Shown one piece after another: positions 10,403-23,151 of a stretch of DNA of 64,000 bases; positions within the stretch are counted from its first letter, which is position 1; each line of letters opens with the position of its first letter. Origin of the DNA: Octopus sinensis (Eukaryota); contig NC_043008.1 in NCBI RefSeq assembly GCF_006345805.1, forward strand, positions 23,932,001 to 23,996,000, written 5' to 3'. The notes beneath the pieces are model-generated. The model worked only from the letters and a program-made list of their open reading frames with translations, made no database searches and had not been told where the DNA came from. Made by a program: the position numbers and the translations under genes.

Positions 10403-12809
10403 GTATGCTCTTTTTTCTAAGGCAGTGTATATGTTCTGCGAGAAATGTAGGTCTACTGTTATTTTGTATTTGTATTTAAACGAGTTTAAATGTGCAGAAT
10501 ATCTTTACTTGAAATTAACAGTAACTCGAATATAAATCTTACTGGATTCTTAGAGCGTATTTAGGGCGGGGCACTTGTAAACTACATTAAATCTTTTGCG
10601 GTGAGCTTGCACCGGGTAGTCCATTACTCTTTGCGAAGGATTGCATTAGAAAATGTGTTTCATATTGCTGGTTTTCATCAGATACTTCAGTATCTAGTGT
10701 TCTATCGTGTCATTTGTGGTACATATATAGTGGATGCCTCATCGTAACCTTTACAATTTTTTTTTATCTATCACTGCTTTTGGGAATACAATTAAGATTT
10801 TCAAATACCTTGTGAGGGATTTATAGCATTCTTCTTTTGTAATATTAGAATACTTATTATGAAATTCTTTAGTTTTACGCCATTGGTATTTAGTATAAAA
10901 TATTTAAATGTGTATGCGCATGCGCATGATGTTTCAGCGCTGTTACGTATCGTTTATAGTCTGCTTGGAGCAGACAACAAACTGATTTAAATGACTGAGT
11001 AACCTAACATACTTGTCAAAGATTGACTTCCCTTTGCAAGAGTTCGTCGCACTCAAGTGTTTGAGATCAATATTTTACATCAGCAAAACATTTACTCAAT
11101 AGAAAGCCTCTGAAGATATGTACGGCATTATACTGTACTTATCTTTGCTGTAGATGTTTTATCAGGACGATTGGTACTAATGACGCGTAAGTCTTCTTTT
11201 TAAAGTTTGGCGAACAAGAATAACATATCTTCTAATGAATAACTTGATACTGTTTAGTCTATACATCATCGATGGCAATAGAAATAACCCGTGAATAAAA
11301 TCGACCGTTTCCATATAAATACAACACACACTGGAGAAGAAGCATTATCTGTCAACATATGATACTGTATTAGTATATATATTTTTTTACAGATGATGTA
11401 TAATCAGTCTTTTTGTTCTTTCATATTTTTGTCGCTGGTTATTTATATAAGTTGAGTCCTTTCATTCCTTTCTACAATGCGTGAAAAAAATCGATACTTA
11501 TATATTTGCCTTGCATCTGCATTTTATTACTATTATCTTATAGAAGTCGGACTAATACTTTCAACAATCTATTTTATAAATAAATTCTTGAGTAAAATTG
11601 TAAATATCTTTAGGTTTTTATCCTATGACATCTAGTGGCTGAACATTCGTCACAATTATCATTTAACATATTTCAAATATTTTTATTTCGTTTATAGAAA
11701 ACAAAATGTCACTGTTATTTGATCGATTGGCAATATTTATATGAATTTCCCATATGAATTGCCAATCGTTAAGTTTAAAAATATGAAATATAAAGAAAAA
11801 AGTAAATACAAATTAGAATTATCAATTTTTAAATAAATCATGCTATTTATGTTGGTAATTTATGTTGGTGATAAGAATCGAAACATGTTAGTACATGACA
11901 TATTAGATTTACTAAAATATTACAATTGAAAAAAATAGCAGATTTTTTTAAATCTTCGATTCTGTTTTATAAAATAAATTTTATTTCACAATAAAATCTA
12001 AAACATATTATTAATAAACTTTTGAAAATACACTAGATTTATAAACATATTTCAACATGTAGAACAAGTGCCCGAACAGGAATGGACGTTTAACAAAAGT
12101 AGCGTATATACAGTATGAGATAACTGTAAAATACGAAAGATTGATAGCATAGTAAATAATACTATCATGTGCAGAGTAAGTGAGATATTAGTTTCAAAAC
12201 TCCAAGGAAAAATTACGACAGTATGAACTAGTGTATCAAAATAATTAAATGTGTTATAAGAAATGAATAAGCAATTTTGACGAGATAATAAGCAGAAAAA
12301 AATTGATTTGTTACCCAACTATCGTCATGATGCATTTTGTTTTAGTTTCTACAAAATACTGCCTAATAGTTTATTGAAATCCAATTATTTAGCCTAAATC
12401 GGCTCCTACTCGTTCAGACCTACAGAACAATCCAAATGCACGGTTCTCCAAATATGTAGATATTTATTCCCAATACGAAAGTTTGAGTTCAATCCAAGTG
12501 CCTAATTACGATTGCACATTGCACATTTTATCCTTGTTCTGCAACGTATTCACATTTCCAAAACTACAATGTTTTTTCTTTCAAAGACATTTTGTTCAGG
12601 GTGAGTATGGTTAGGTTATAGGGTACTGGATAACTACTTGAGAATTCTGTTCTTTACACGATGTTACCAAACACTCCGCAGAATGTTCATCTGATCTGAT
12701 ATTACATAAAAGTGGCCAGCTGAGTTCAATTTTATGGGTGGTCATCACTTGTAAAACAGAATAGTAGGAAGACATGCTGTCAAGCTGCATGTTAAAGTGA
12801 GGATGACTT

Positions 12810-13026
12810 CAAATTTTGACACAAGGCCAGCAATTCTGGGGGTAGGGTAATCGATTACATTGACTCCAGTAATCAGTTGGTACTTATTTTATCGACCCCG
12901 AGAGAATGAAAGGCAAAGTTGACCTCGGTAGAATTTGAAGTAAGAATGTAAAAAACAAAAAGGCGAACGAAATGTCATTAAGCAATTCGTCCGGTATGTT
13001 AACGATTCTGCCAACACGCCCGTCTT
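12810..13026 (-). mobile_element. tRNA-derived SINE family 2, degenerate
   Basis: Homologous to the head and body of 52025-52258 (GCCTTTCAT..CGGGGTCGATAAAATAAGTACCA). Confidence 0.7.
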
Positions 13027-14377
13027 AATGACCACCTTAATAATATTAATACACGTTTCAGTATTTTATTATTTCAAACACTTATATTTATATATGTACG
13101 ATGAATTAGTTGAATTTAAAACATAAATGTTATCGTGATGTGATATTTTAAAATCTATTTCTACATAACATAGGAATATCTTAGCTTATTATATGACATT
13201 TGTTTATGCTTGTTAGAAGCAGAACTGTAATGGAACTGAGTGACAGAGTTTCATGTAGCATCTGAAGTTGTTCTGTCTTTGAGTTCAATACTCCAGATTT
13301 TAATAACTTTTAGCAAATTTTCTAGAATTTGACAAGAAATTTCATTTAACTTTCTTTCATGTATACCTTTTTTTGGGGGGGGGGATCATACCAGTTGACA
13401 TTAATTCGTTGGATAATGTACTTGTGGGCGTTCATGCCTTTAATAGCGATTCAGTTAATTTCTCGTAGCTGCTCATGACTTTCATGAAAATGTAGTTTGG
13501 CCAATCTGAGCGAGAGGATTCGAAACTAAGAAGAAAATTTGCTACCAACTTATCTCATTAAAAATGCTGCAATTAACATAATACATCGGTGTAAATTTAT
13601 ATATCTGTAATTTCATTATTGCGCTGAGCAGAAATTATCACCCGTGTGATCCAGAAATGAATCAGCTTATATTGAAAGTTCTTTGGACGATATATTTCTA
13701 CTAGGTCGATCTATACTTTAGTGGGATATATTACTGCTGTATTGATCAGATCTAGTAAATATGCAAATGTTTTATATTTTGTAGCTCACCGTGTGTGTAG
13801 ATATTTTGATAGACGAGCCATTGATAGGAAACATTTCAATCATATTTGTGTTATAAAACTTAAAGTATCAAATTTTAAACAGCGATGCCATAAATTCTTT
13901 AACTGGAGAGATGGCATACACGTCACATCATTAACATTTAATGGGAAATTGCTACAATGGTTACACGATTATTAGTAGATACTGATTAAGGTTTAAATCT
14001 CAACTGCTAGATTTTTTAAAAGTCAAGAAAAGTTTTACAAAATCAGTAATTTGTTCATATTGACAGAAAGAGATGAGTTTAATGACCTATGGTATCAAAC
14101 AATGAAAAACAAATAATAATACGTACATTACCATAAATCACTCGACTTAAGAATCAACTTCAAGCCTACATTATTCCAAAATCCTAGTAATTCAAACATT
14201 TTTCCGATAATGACAATTGGCAGCAAACTATTATGATAAATAATAGGTTAAACGGAAGAAAGAGAAGAGATGTTAAATAAGATATAGAGAAGGTGAGGAA
14301 AGAAAAGAGAACCTAAGAGCCAGAAATAATTATTCATGCACACATGCACAAATACATGTATTATTAATGTATCTATA

Positions 14378-14449
<72 letters not shown>

Positions 14450-14451
<2 letters not shown>

Positions 14452-15289
14452 TAAATAAATGGAGTTGAACGCAGGTGTTATTCAAATTCTTTTACTTTCG
14501 ACGTATGTTTCGACGACAACATTGGTTTTATTCCAAAGGAACAAACAGTGTAAAATAATGTAATCTTCTCATCAGGAAAAAAAGAGAACCTATCTCAACA
14601 GCAAGACATTATGACAATTTTGATGACTGCATAAACAGAACGCTATTAAGTATTTTTAAAAAATCGTTAGTAGATCTGACGTCAAATGCAGACCATAGGA
14701 AGAGAAGGGGTAAAGAAATAATAAGTAGAGGACAAATAAAGAGGGATATATTGGTAGAAAAATGTTCAAAGGCTTGGAAGTAGATTTCTGTATTGAAGTA
14801 AAGGGCAAGGTGAACTGAATGTTCAAACTATACAGACTGGTATAACTCACTTATATGAGCTAAAGGTATGTTTCTACTAGTGCTTATATTTGTAAGATCG
14901 CTCTATAAGTGTGTTAACAAGCTGATTCTTAGAGAAGAGAATATGGAAAAGTTCAGAGTTGCAATCCTTTGGCCTTGTCATAAGGGAAACAGATGGACAG
15001 GATGAACTAATCTAACTTAAAATCCTTATTGTTGTCTTTAAGATACCAAACCAACTTACTTAGCTCTGTGGTACTACTACTATCCCTAAATGAAGAATAA
15101 TGATTGGAAATTCTCTTAGATAACTGGGACGATGAAGCACCAATATAGAAATAGACATCGGTACCGGAAGTAATTTTACATTGGTATATAGAATTCTTAT
15201 TCTTAGAATTATTAGACGTAAATTTAATTCTGTTGGGGTTGTCCTCAGAGACCAAAACTAAGTTGTTGTTGTGGTTGTTAATATTATTA

Positions 15290-15331
<42 letters not shown>

Positions 15332-15535
15332 TATTATTATTATTATTATTATATTATTATTATTATTATTATTATTATTATGAGAAGGGCTGGTATTAAC
15401 AAAATTAATGTTGGAACTCTCAGAAAATGAACTTTTATTTAGCAGACTGTTACTTGCGTGAATTTTGCTACCCTGGTAACTGTTTATTGAATTTTCCGTG
15501 TTGACTGTAAACAAAAGGTAATTCATTTATCCATT
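14450..15535 (-). mobile_element. Penelope-like (Naiad-like) 3' fragment with GIY-YIG and HHR, in (TA)n
   Basis: ORF 15007-15255 (IYQCKITSGTDVYFYIG..RISNHYSSF..TELSKLVWYLK) is related to the 2043-4155 element; similar terminus (ggagttgaac). Confidence 0.8.
14495..14580 (-). ncRNA. Type I hammerhead ribozyme
   Basis: UUUUC-CUGAUGA-[stem II GAAGAUUACAUU/AAUGUUGUCGUC]-GAAA-CAUACG-UC|GAAAG. Confidence 0.75.
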
Positions 15536-15551
15536 TATATATATATATATT

Positions 15552-16700
15552 CCTGATGAAGACCAGTTTATGGGGTTACCCTGGGTAATCCCAAAGGATC
15601 GAAATCCTCTTGCTAATACCCTTTACCAGGTTCTTGAACACGGCAGCAACGACATCGGCAGTTACAATTACATCAGCAACAGCAGTAACAGTGGCAACAA
15701 CAATAATAGGTACAGTTCTGACATCGCGCGTCCACAGAAATATATTGGTTGTACCGGAAATCCATTCAAGAAACGTTTTCCAACTGTTGAACAACCTTCA
15801 CGGTCAAGGTAAGGAGATATGTAACATCGCTGGCCAGCCACGTCTGGCAACCAAAAGACTTCGGAGTTCCACACTCAATCTTATGGAAAATTCTCAAAAA
15901 CTCGGGCCCCTACATCAACAGGACGAAACTCTGCAAGCTATGTATAGCCGAACGCATGAGGATCCTAAGGGACTCACTCGAACCAGGAGCTATACTTAAC
16001 TCCAGAACGGACATTTTCGGGTCATATTTGCATTTTCGGAGATTCCTGCTGGCCTTTTGGCATCTGCATGAAGTTGATAGCTAACGGGAGAGAGATATAA
16101 TCCCCCATTGTTTACAGTTAAACGATGGCAGTACTGTCGGAAGTCGATTGTCATTGGCAAAGGGGGACAACCCAGACTTTTCCACTCCATATTTTAAAGA
16201 GGTCATAGGCCCTTTATGGGCGGGAAACCCAGGGTAACTTCATAAACCAGCCTTCACCGTCGGAGTACACACTGAAGTCGATCCAGCTACTAAAATGCCG
16301 CACACAAATGTCATGGTGGTGGTGGGTTTACTGTTGCCACTGGCGGTAGTGATGAAGGTGGTAGTATTCTTGCGTATGTTGTTGCTTTTTGTTGTCATTT
16401 ATTTCTTTTCTTGTTGCAATGGTGAAAGTGGTGCTGAAAGCGACGGGAAGTTACTTTCGTATATTTCACGTGCGCTATTGTTCTTGTTGTTGTTGTTGCC
16501 GCTGATCCTGTCGTTGCTGCTACTGCTAAATCTATCACTGTTTTTTTTGCGACTGGGATCTTCTGTTTTGCAGATGACCGACTGTTCTTTTCAGCGGACG
16601 AACGATTCTCATTCGCCATCTATTTTTTTTTTTTTTACTTTGAGGGACGTATCAGCTAAAACGAACACCAAATTAGCCGCTAAGGGCTAGAAATAGAGAG
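15552..16700. mobile_element. Penelope-like debris: plus-strand GIY-YIG fragment and an inverted, more decayed homolog
   Basis: Frameshifted KYIGCTGNPFKKRF...TSLASHVW...WKIL..CKLCIAE..LNSR at ~15720-16070; degenerate HHR-like CTGATGA..GAAA at 15553-15604 with an inverted homolog at ~16225-16260. Confidence 0.65.
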
Positions 16701-16896
16701 CAACTAACCAGCTCCCTAAGGTCCTGATTATTTTATATATGCAACGATAACACATTTACAATACATAACAATGCCTAGCAACATAAATAACAATAACACT
16801 TACGGGAGCGATATGCAACACGTGTAGATAGACGTCGAATAATAATAATGATAATGATAATAATAACAATAATAACAATAATAATAATAACAATAA

Positions 16897-17425
16897 ATGC
16901 CCTAATGCAGAACCAGGCAGTGGCTCTCATGGCTTCTGATCTTAAATGATTGGAAGTGTTATCATGTACATTGTTTTGTTTTGGTATAAAAGATGGGCTA
17001 CAGCAAATATTCTGCTCAATACCACAGATTTGCTCGTCAGTTGTTTGACCTTAACCAGTTGAGCATGTCCCCTAGTAGTTGACGATATGTGCATCTCTGG
17101 TCACGAGCAGAGTGGCGGGGAGCATCATAGCCATATGTTGAAAGAAATTCTTAGAGGTTTGGATAATTCACCTTTGGAAACATGGGTGGTTCATTCAATC
17201 CTTATTCAGGAACCTTTTGAGCGGGATGGGCTACTCAACCAGAAGAAATTTCTAACTGGGCCCCACCTGCTAGGTCATGCGCTGTTTATCTTGATATGAT
17301 TGTTGCGCACATATGGTTGTGATGCTTTTGCCTGGTGTACCCTTATCAGTCAGGTAGTCATGATGGGCTTCGTATATTTTACACCAGTGTCACTTTGATG
17401 GCATGCACTGCTCTCTCTCACTCAA
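16897..17425. mobile_element. Unclassified ~530-bp non-coding repeat inside (AAT)n
   Basis: Co-terminal homolog at 59740-60297; both copies are flanked by (AAT)n. Confidence 0.75.
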
Positions 17426-17433
17426 CAATAATA

Positions 17434-17553
<120 letters not shown>

Positions 17554-17591
17554 TAATAATAATAATGATGATAATGATCATTATTATTATT

Positions 17592-20128
17592 ATGATAATA
17601 TAAAAAGTAGAATAATCAAAGAACTAAAAACCACATAGCTCAAAATGGACCACCTACCATACCTCCCAAAAATCAAAATAGACGAAACAACAACACCAAT
17701 TATAAACAGCATAAACCTAGCCGTCACTGAACTAATAGCCACTGAAACAAAAAGCGATATCACTGAGCTAAATGACTTAGTATAGGTAGCAGCCAATGCA
17801 GCCACAAAAGAAGCTGGATACTCACTCAAACCCATCCAAACTAGAGTACCACCACCCAAAACAACCCTGTGGATAAAGAAGATCCAAAACAAAATACAAA
17901 AATTGAGAAAAGATCTGTCGATTCTTAATGAAATCAGTACGAAATCAAACGCTACTGAGCAACAAAAAGAAAACAAAAATACTCCGCAAATACAACATCA
18001 CACAACATGATTTTACCTGAGATAAAAGAAAAGCTAAAGCAAGATATCCTTGCCAAAGCACAAAGGATCCGCCGGTACGAGAAACGCCAGCGCTTCTTTG
18101 AACAAAACAAAAAGTTCAAATCCAACCCCAAAAAGTTCTACCAAGAAGTTGGCAAAAATAAAATAGAAATCACTGCAGCACAACGGCAGAAGAAGTGGAA
18201 GAATTCTGGAGAGAAATATGGTCGGCGAACGAAAAACCAAAAAAAAAAGGAGTATTAAAACAACAAACTCAGCATCTGAGCAACTTTGAACCTCCATAAT
18301 AACTGAAGACATCACCCAGGCACTGCAAAGACTAAGCAACTGGAAGGTACCTGGGCATGACAAGATCCCCAACTTCTGGTTGAAATATCTAACAAGAATG
18401 CACAAAAAGCTGGCTGAAAACTTTAACAACATACTAGCAGAGCCAGAAACAATGCCTGAATGGCTTACGAAGGGGAAAACCATCTTAATTCCCAAATCAA
18501 ATGGGACAGCAAAACCAGAAAACTACAGACCAATAGCCTGTCTCCCTACAATGTACAAGGCATTTACTGCAGTGATATCGCAAAGGTTGAACAAGCACCT
18601 GGACGAAAACAACCTGTTTCCAGAAGAGCAGAAAGGATGCCGCAAAGGCTCATACGGCTGTAAAGATCAACTAATGATTAATAAAACCATAACTGAAGAC
18701 AGCCACAGAAAGAAGAAAGGCCTCAGTATTGCCTGGGTCGACTAAAAAAAGGCGTTTGATAGCATCCCCCACACATAGATCCTCGAAACACTAGCCATTA
18801 ACAAAGTAGCACCAATAATTATAAAATTCATAGGACACTCTACGAATAAATGGCAAACAGTGCTACAGCTCCAAACATAAGAGGGACTTATGAAAACCAA
18901 AGACATCCCCATTAGAAGAGGAATATTCCAGGGAGACACGCTCTCTCCACTCCTCTTCTGCTTGGCACTGTCACCTCTATCTGATATGATAAATATAACT
19001 GGATGCGGATATAAATGTTACGGCAAAACGATCAGCCACCTTTTATATATGGAGGACCTAAAACTATACGCTGCAAATGACAAACAGCTTGAAACACTAT
19101 TAAAGACAGTTCATGGATTTACCAAAGAAATAGATATGAAATTTGGATTAGAAAAATGCGCCAAAGTAACCATGAAAAGAGGAAAACTAGTAGCAACATC
19201 ACACTAGATAAAACCAATGAAATAAAAGAATTAGACCAAAGCCAAACTCACATATACTTAGGAGTCCATGAACTAGATAAGACACAACACACACAAGTGA
19301 AAGAGAAAATATTATAGACGAGTTAGATCAATACTAAAAACAGAGCTCAATGCTAAAAACAAGATAATAGGTATTAACACTTTTGCTGTCCCAGTTATAA
19401 GTTACAGCTAAATGAACTGACCAAAATAGATAGAAAAACAAGAAAAATAATGACAGGATCTAGGATGCATCACCCAAAATATACAACGTATAGGAGGTGG
19501 TAGAGGCCTTATACAGCTGGAAAACTACTATAAAATAACCACCATAGGACTGAAAAAATATCTACTTCAGAAGCAAGGAAAACTGATACAAATAGTGGCA
19601 AAACATGAGCAAAGCAAGAAACTGTTCTCAGTATTTAAGGAAGCTGACAAATACAAACAAGAAATCATACCACCAAATAAATATGAAGAAGAAGAAGATG
19701 AAGAAACATCAAAAGCTATAAAACAAATGAAATCCAAACTAAAACTAGAACAGCAACGAACCATGATAAGACGATGGCAAGAAAAGCCCCTTCATGGTAA
19801 ATACTGGACTAAACTAAATGCAAAAGAAATAGACAAAGAAAAATCCCAGCAATGAGACAGAGGGATTCTTAATTGCAGCACAAGACCAACGCCTACCCAC
19901 CAGAAATTACCAGAAACATGTAATGAAAAGAAATATAACAAGTAACTGCAGAATATGTGGAAATGGACAAGAAACAATAAATCATATTATCTCTGGCTGC
20001 CCAGTCCTGGCTAAGAAGGAATATATTCGCAGACATGACAGAGTTGGGACCTACATACACTGGAAGCTATGCCATTATGGAATAACTATAGAAAAAAGAT
20101 GGTATAGGCACACACCAGAAAAGGTCAC
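17592..20128 (+). mobile_element. Dong/R4 non-LTR retrotransposon family B, 5'-truncated and degenerate
   Basis: Frameshifted ORFs with NYRPIACL, QKGCRKG, GIFQGDTLSP, YMEDLKL, CRIC..H...C, RHD; closely similar to 40690-43370. Confidence 0.9.
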
Positions 20129-20799
20129 GGTGCTTCCACTGCATTGACTGGGCTTTGGTCTCTGGATCATAGTGATGAACCCAGGTTTCATCCCGTGCAA
20201 TCAGTCTTTTGAAAAATTTTGACTCATCTTGGCACATCTCCAAATTCATCCTCGAGCACTCAACGCGTTCTTGCTTCTGGAAAGGTGTGAGCAACCTGGG
20301 AATCCATCTGGCAGACACCTTTTGCATATGAAAATGGGTATAAATGATAGTTTCCACAGACCCGGTACTAATCTTGACCTCATGGGCTATTTGGCGAATA
20401 GTTATGCGTCGATCTTCCAAAATGGCAGCCTCAACTTGACGGACAGATGCCTCCAGATCTGGGAGCTGTTTCCACAGAGTTCCAACCATGTTTGAATTCA
20501 CGATGCCAGCGTTTTACAAGGTCATATGATGGGGCATCATCACCATAAGTTACTTTCATTTCATCAAAAGTCTCCCGTAGTATGCGTCCTTTCAAATACA
20601 AAAACCGGATCACTGCTCGACACTCAACAGACTCCATTTCACACTTGACTCAATTCAAACACCTGTAAATCAGAAACCACTATCAGAGCTGTAATTTGCC
20701 ATTTAATCTATAAATATATAAATAATTGCACGTGCAAAATTGCAGCTAGATCAAACAACTGCAAGTGGGTCAGGAGCATTACTTATTGAACGTCCCTCG
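20124..20799 (-). mobile_element. mariner (DD34D-type, irritans-like) transposon, 5' half
   Basis: ORFs 20431-20637 and 20067-20501 (HTH, WIPRLLT, DETWVHHYDPETKAQSMQW); TIR TA|CGAGGGACGTTCAATAAGTAATG at the right end. Confidence 0.85.
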
Positions 20800-20801
20800 T
20801 A

Positions 20802-23056
20802 AGACTCACAGATAGTGAAATAAACGCGATCAAGCACGCAGCGGAAAATGATCTTAATATAAGACAGAAAGGAAATAAGGAACCAGACGAAGAGAGCAAC
20901 TCTCCACGAGTCTCAATTGAAAGAATGCCATCTGACCAGAGTACGCAAACGTCTGAAGAAATAAAAATTGTAATGAACCTGAGAATGATAGCGAGGAAAG
21001 TGGTAATGAAGCAATATTTGAAAACTACACATTTACCGAAGAGAATCTATGATAGAAATGAAGCAGAAAATCCTGAAGACACGCCAATATGCATGAAAGA
21101 GAACCACTTCATAAACTCTCAAATACAATCCAAATAGAAAACAAATTAAAATTGGAAACTATATGACAAAAGAAATTATACATGAACTAAAACCAGATCT
21201 CACTGAATTAAACGAAATTATATATACAGCTGCTAAGACAATTGAAACCAGTTGTATGCCTCTGAAAGAAACAAAGGAATACAAACCTGAGAAGAATTCC
21301 AAACTGAATAAAGTAAATTTGAAAAAGAGATTGAAATAATGAGAGGTTAAATGTCAATGCTGAAGGAACTAGCCTGTGGAAACGATGTAAAAACCAGAAA
21401 AGGAAGAAAGATGAAGAGAAAGCATAGATTCTCACTAAGAGAAGAACTGCTTTCAGCAAAAGAAACTCTGCAACAAAAAAGCCCAAGCAAAAGCTCAAAG
21501 AATACGAAGATTTGAGAAGAGAAATAAGACTTACAAGGAAAAATAAGCTGTTCACATCCAATGCTAAAACTTTCTGCAGAGAAATATGAAAGGAGAAAAC
21601 AACCGTTGAAGACCCCTCTCTCGTAGAAGTTGAAATATTTTGGAAAAATATATGGAATGATGAAAAGACTTACAATGAAAATGCAGACTGGATTAGACGC
21701 ACAGAAGAATGCTACCAAAACTTACCAGTACAAGCATGGGAAGACATCACAATAGCAGACCTAAGGATGACATTCACGTAGGCACATAAGCGAAAATCCC
21801 CTTGTAATGATAGGGTATCAAATTTCTGGCTTGCAACACTCCCGTGCGGAAAGTTATTCCAGTTATTCAATGAAAATATGGGAGATCCTACGAAAACACC
21901 TGTATTACCTACTCCCGAAGAATAATGAAACCAAATTTCCCCAAAACTATCGGTCCATAACATGTCTGTCTACCACGTATAAGATCTTAACATCTATCCT
22001 CGTGGAGAAAATATACAAATCAATGGAACAGAACATTTCCCCACTGAACAATAAGGGTGCCTACGCGGCTCATATAGATGCAAAGACCATCTTTTAATCA
22101 ATCGTATGATCCTTCAGAACTGTCATAACAAACGCATAAATCTCAGTTCTGCATGCATTGATTATAAAAAGGCCTTTGACAGCATACCACATTCATGGAT
22201 CTTGAAACTGCTGGATATCTTCAAAATATCTCCTGTGATTTCAAACTTCCTGAAGCACATGTCAGTGTGGAATACGAAGCTCAAACCATGCGACTCTAAT
22301 GGAGTACTGACCACAAAAAATATCAATATCAATTGCGGCATTTTACACATTTAATTTTTGCATAGTCTTAATATCCCTTACAAATTAACTTAACAGAATA
22401 CGAATATAAAATTAGCGACAAGATAATAAGTCATCTATTTTATATAGCTGATTAAAACTCTATGAAAAAAGACGATAATGAGCTTGAAGACTACTACGTA
22501 CTGAGAAAGCATTCAGTGATGACACAAAATGGAATTTAGTCTTGGTGAATGTGTCAAGGCCACTTTCCAGAAAGGGAAATTGAAGAGCTCACATTCAATG
22601 GTGTTGGATGTTGATACAGTCATAAAACAACTCAACCAGGAACAACTCAACCAGGAAAGTATAAAGATTTGCTAATCGAAATCGAAAAGATATGGCATCT
22701 CAAGACGGTTACAAAACCACTGATTGTAGGTGTACTTGGAATGATAAAAAAAGGAACTGAAAATTATTTAAGAATCATCCCTGGCTAAACCATCTACGCA
22801 GGAAGTGCAAAAGATTGTCTTAAGTGGTACTGAGAAGAGCATTGTCGCTGTGAATTTTCTTTCTTTTTTCCCCGTTTTAATTTTTTTATTTTTCCTTGTT
22901 CTCTGTCTTTCTTCCCGTGTTCCTCTATCACTCGACTTTGTAAATGAACAACCTAATGTGTCTATTTTAATGGCCTACCAATGTATACAGTGCGTTTCTC
23001 TGCTCTAGACGTCAGGAAGTCTCTCAGTAAGAAATGGAACCAGAATTGAAAGAAGA
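20802..23056 (+). mobile_element. Dong/R4 family A, degenerate, internally deleted copy
   Basis: Homologous to 23612-27050 (IDYKKAFDSIPH, NYRSITCLSTTYKILT); deletion at ~22655; conserved 3' UTR followed by (GAT)n/(AAT)n. Confidence 0.85.
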
Positions 23057-23109
23057 AGATGATGATGATGATGATGATGATAATGATGATGATAATAATA
23101 ATAATAATA

Positions 23110-23149
<40 letters not shown>

Positions 23150-23151
<2 letters not shown>

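Noticed and set aside
10400-14350. Host exons in the unique-looking AT-rich stretches (also 53500-58200)
   Set aside because: No recognisable domain or consistent exon structure. Small exons cannot be excluded without RNA-seq.
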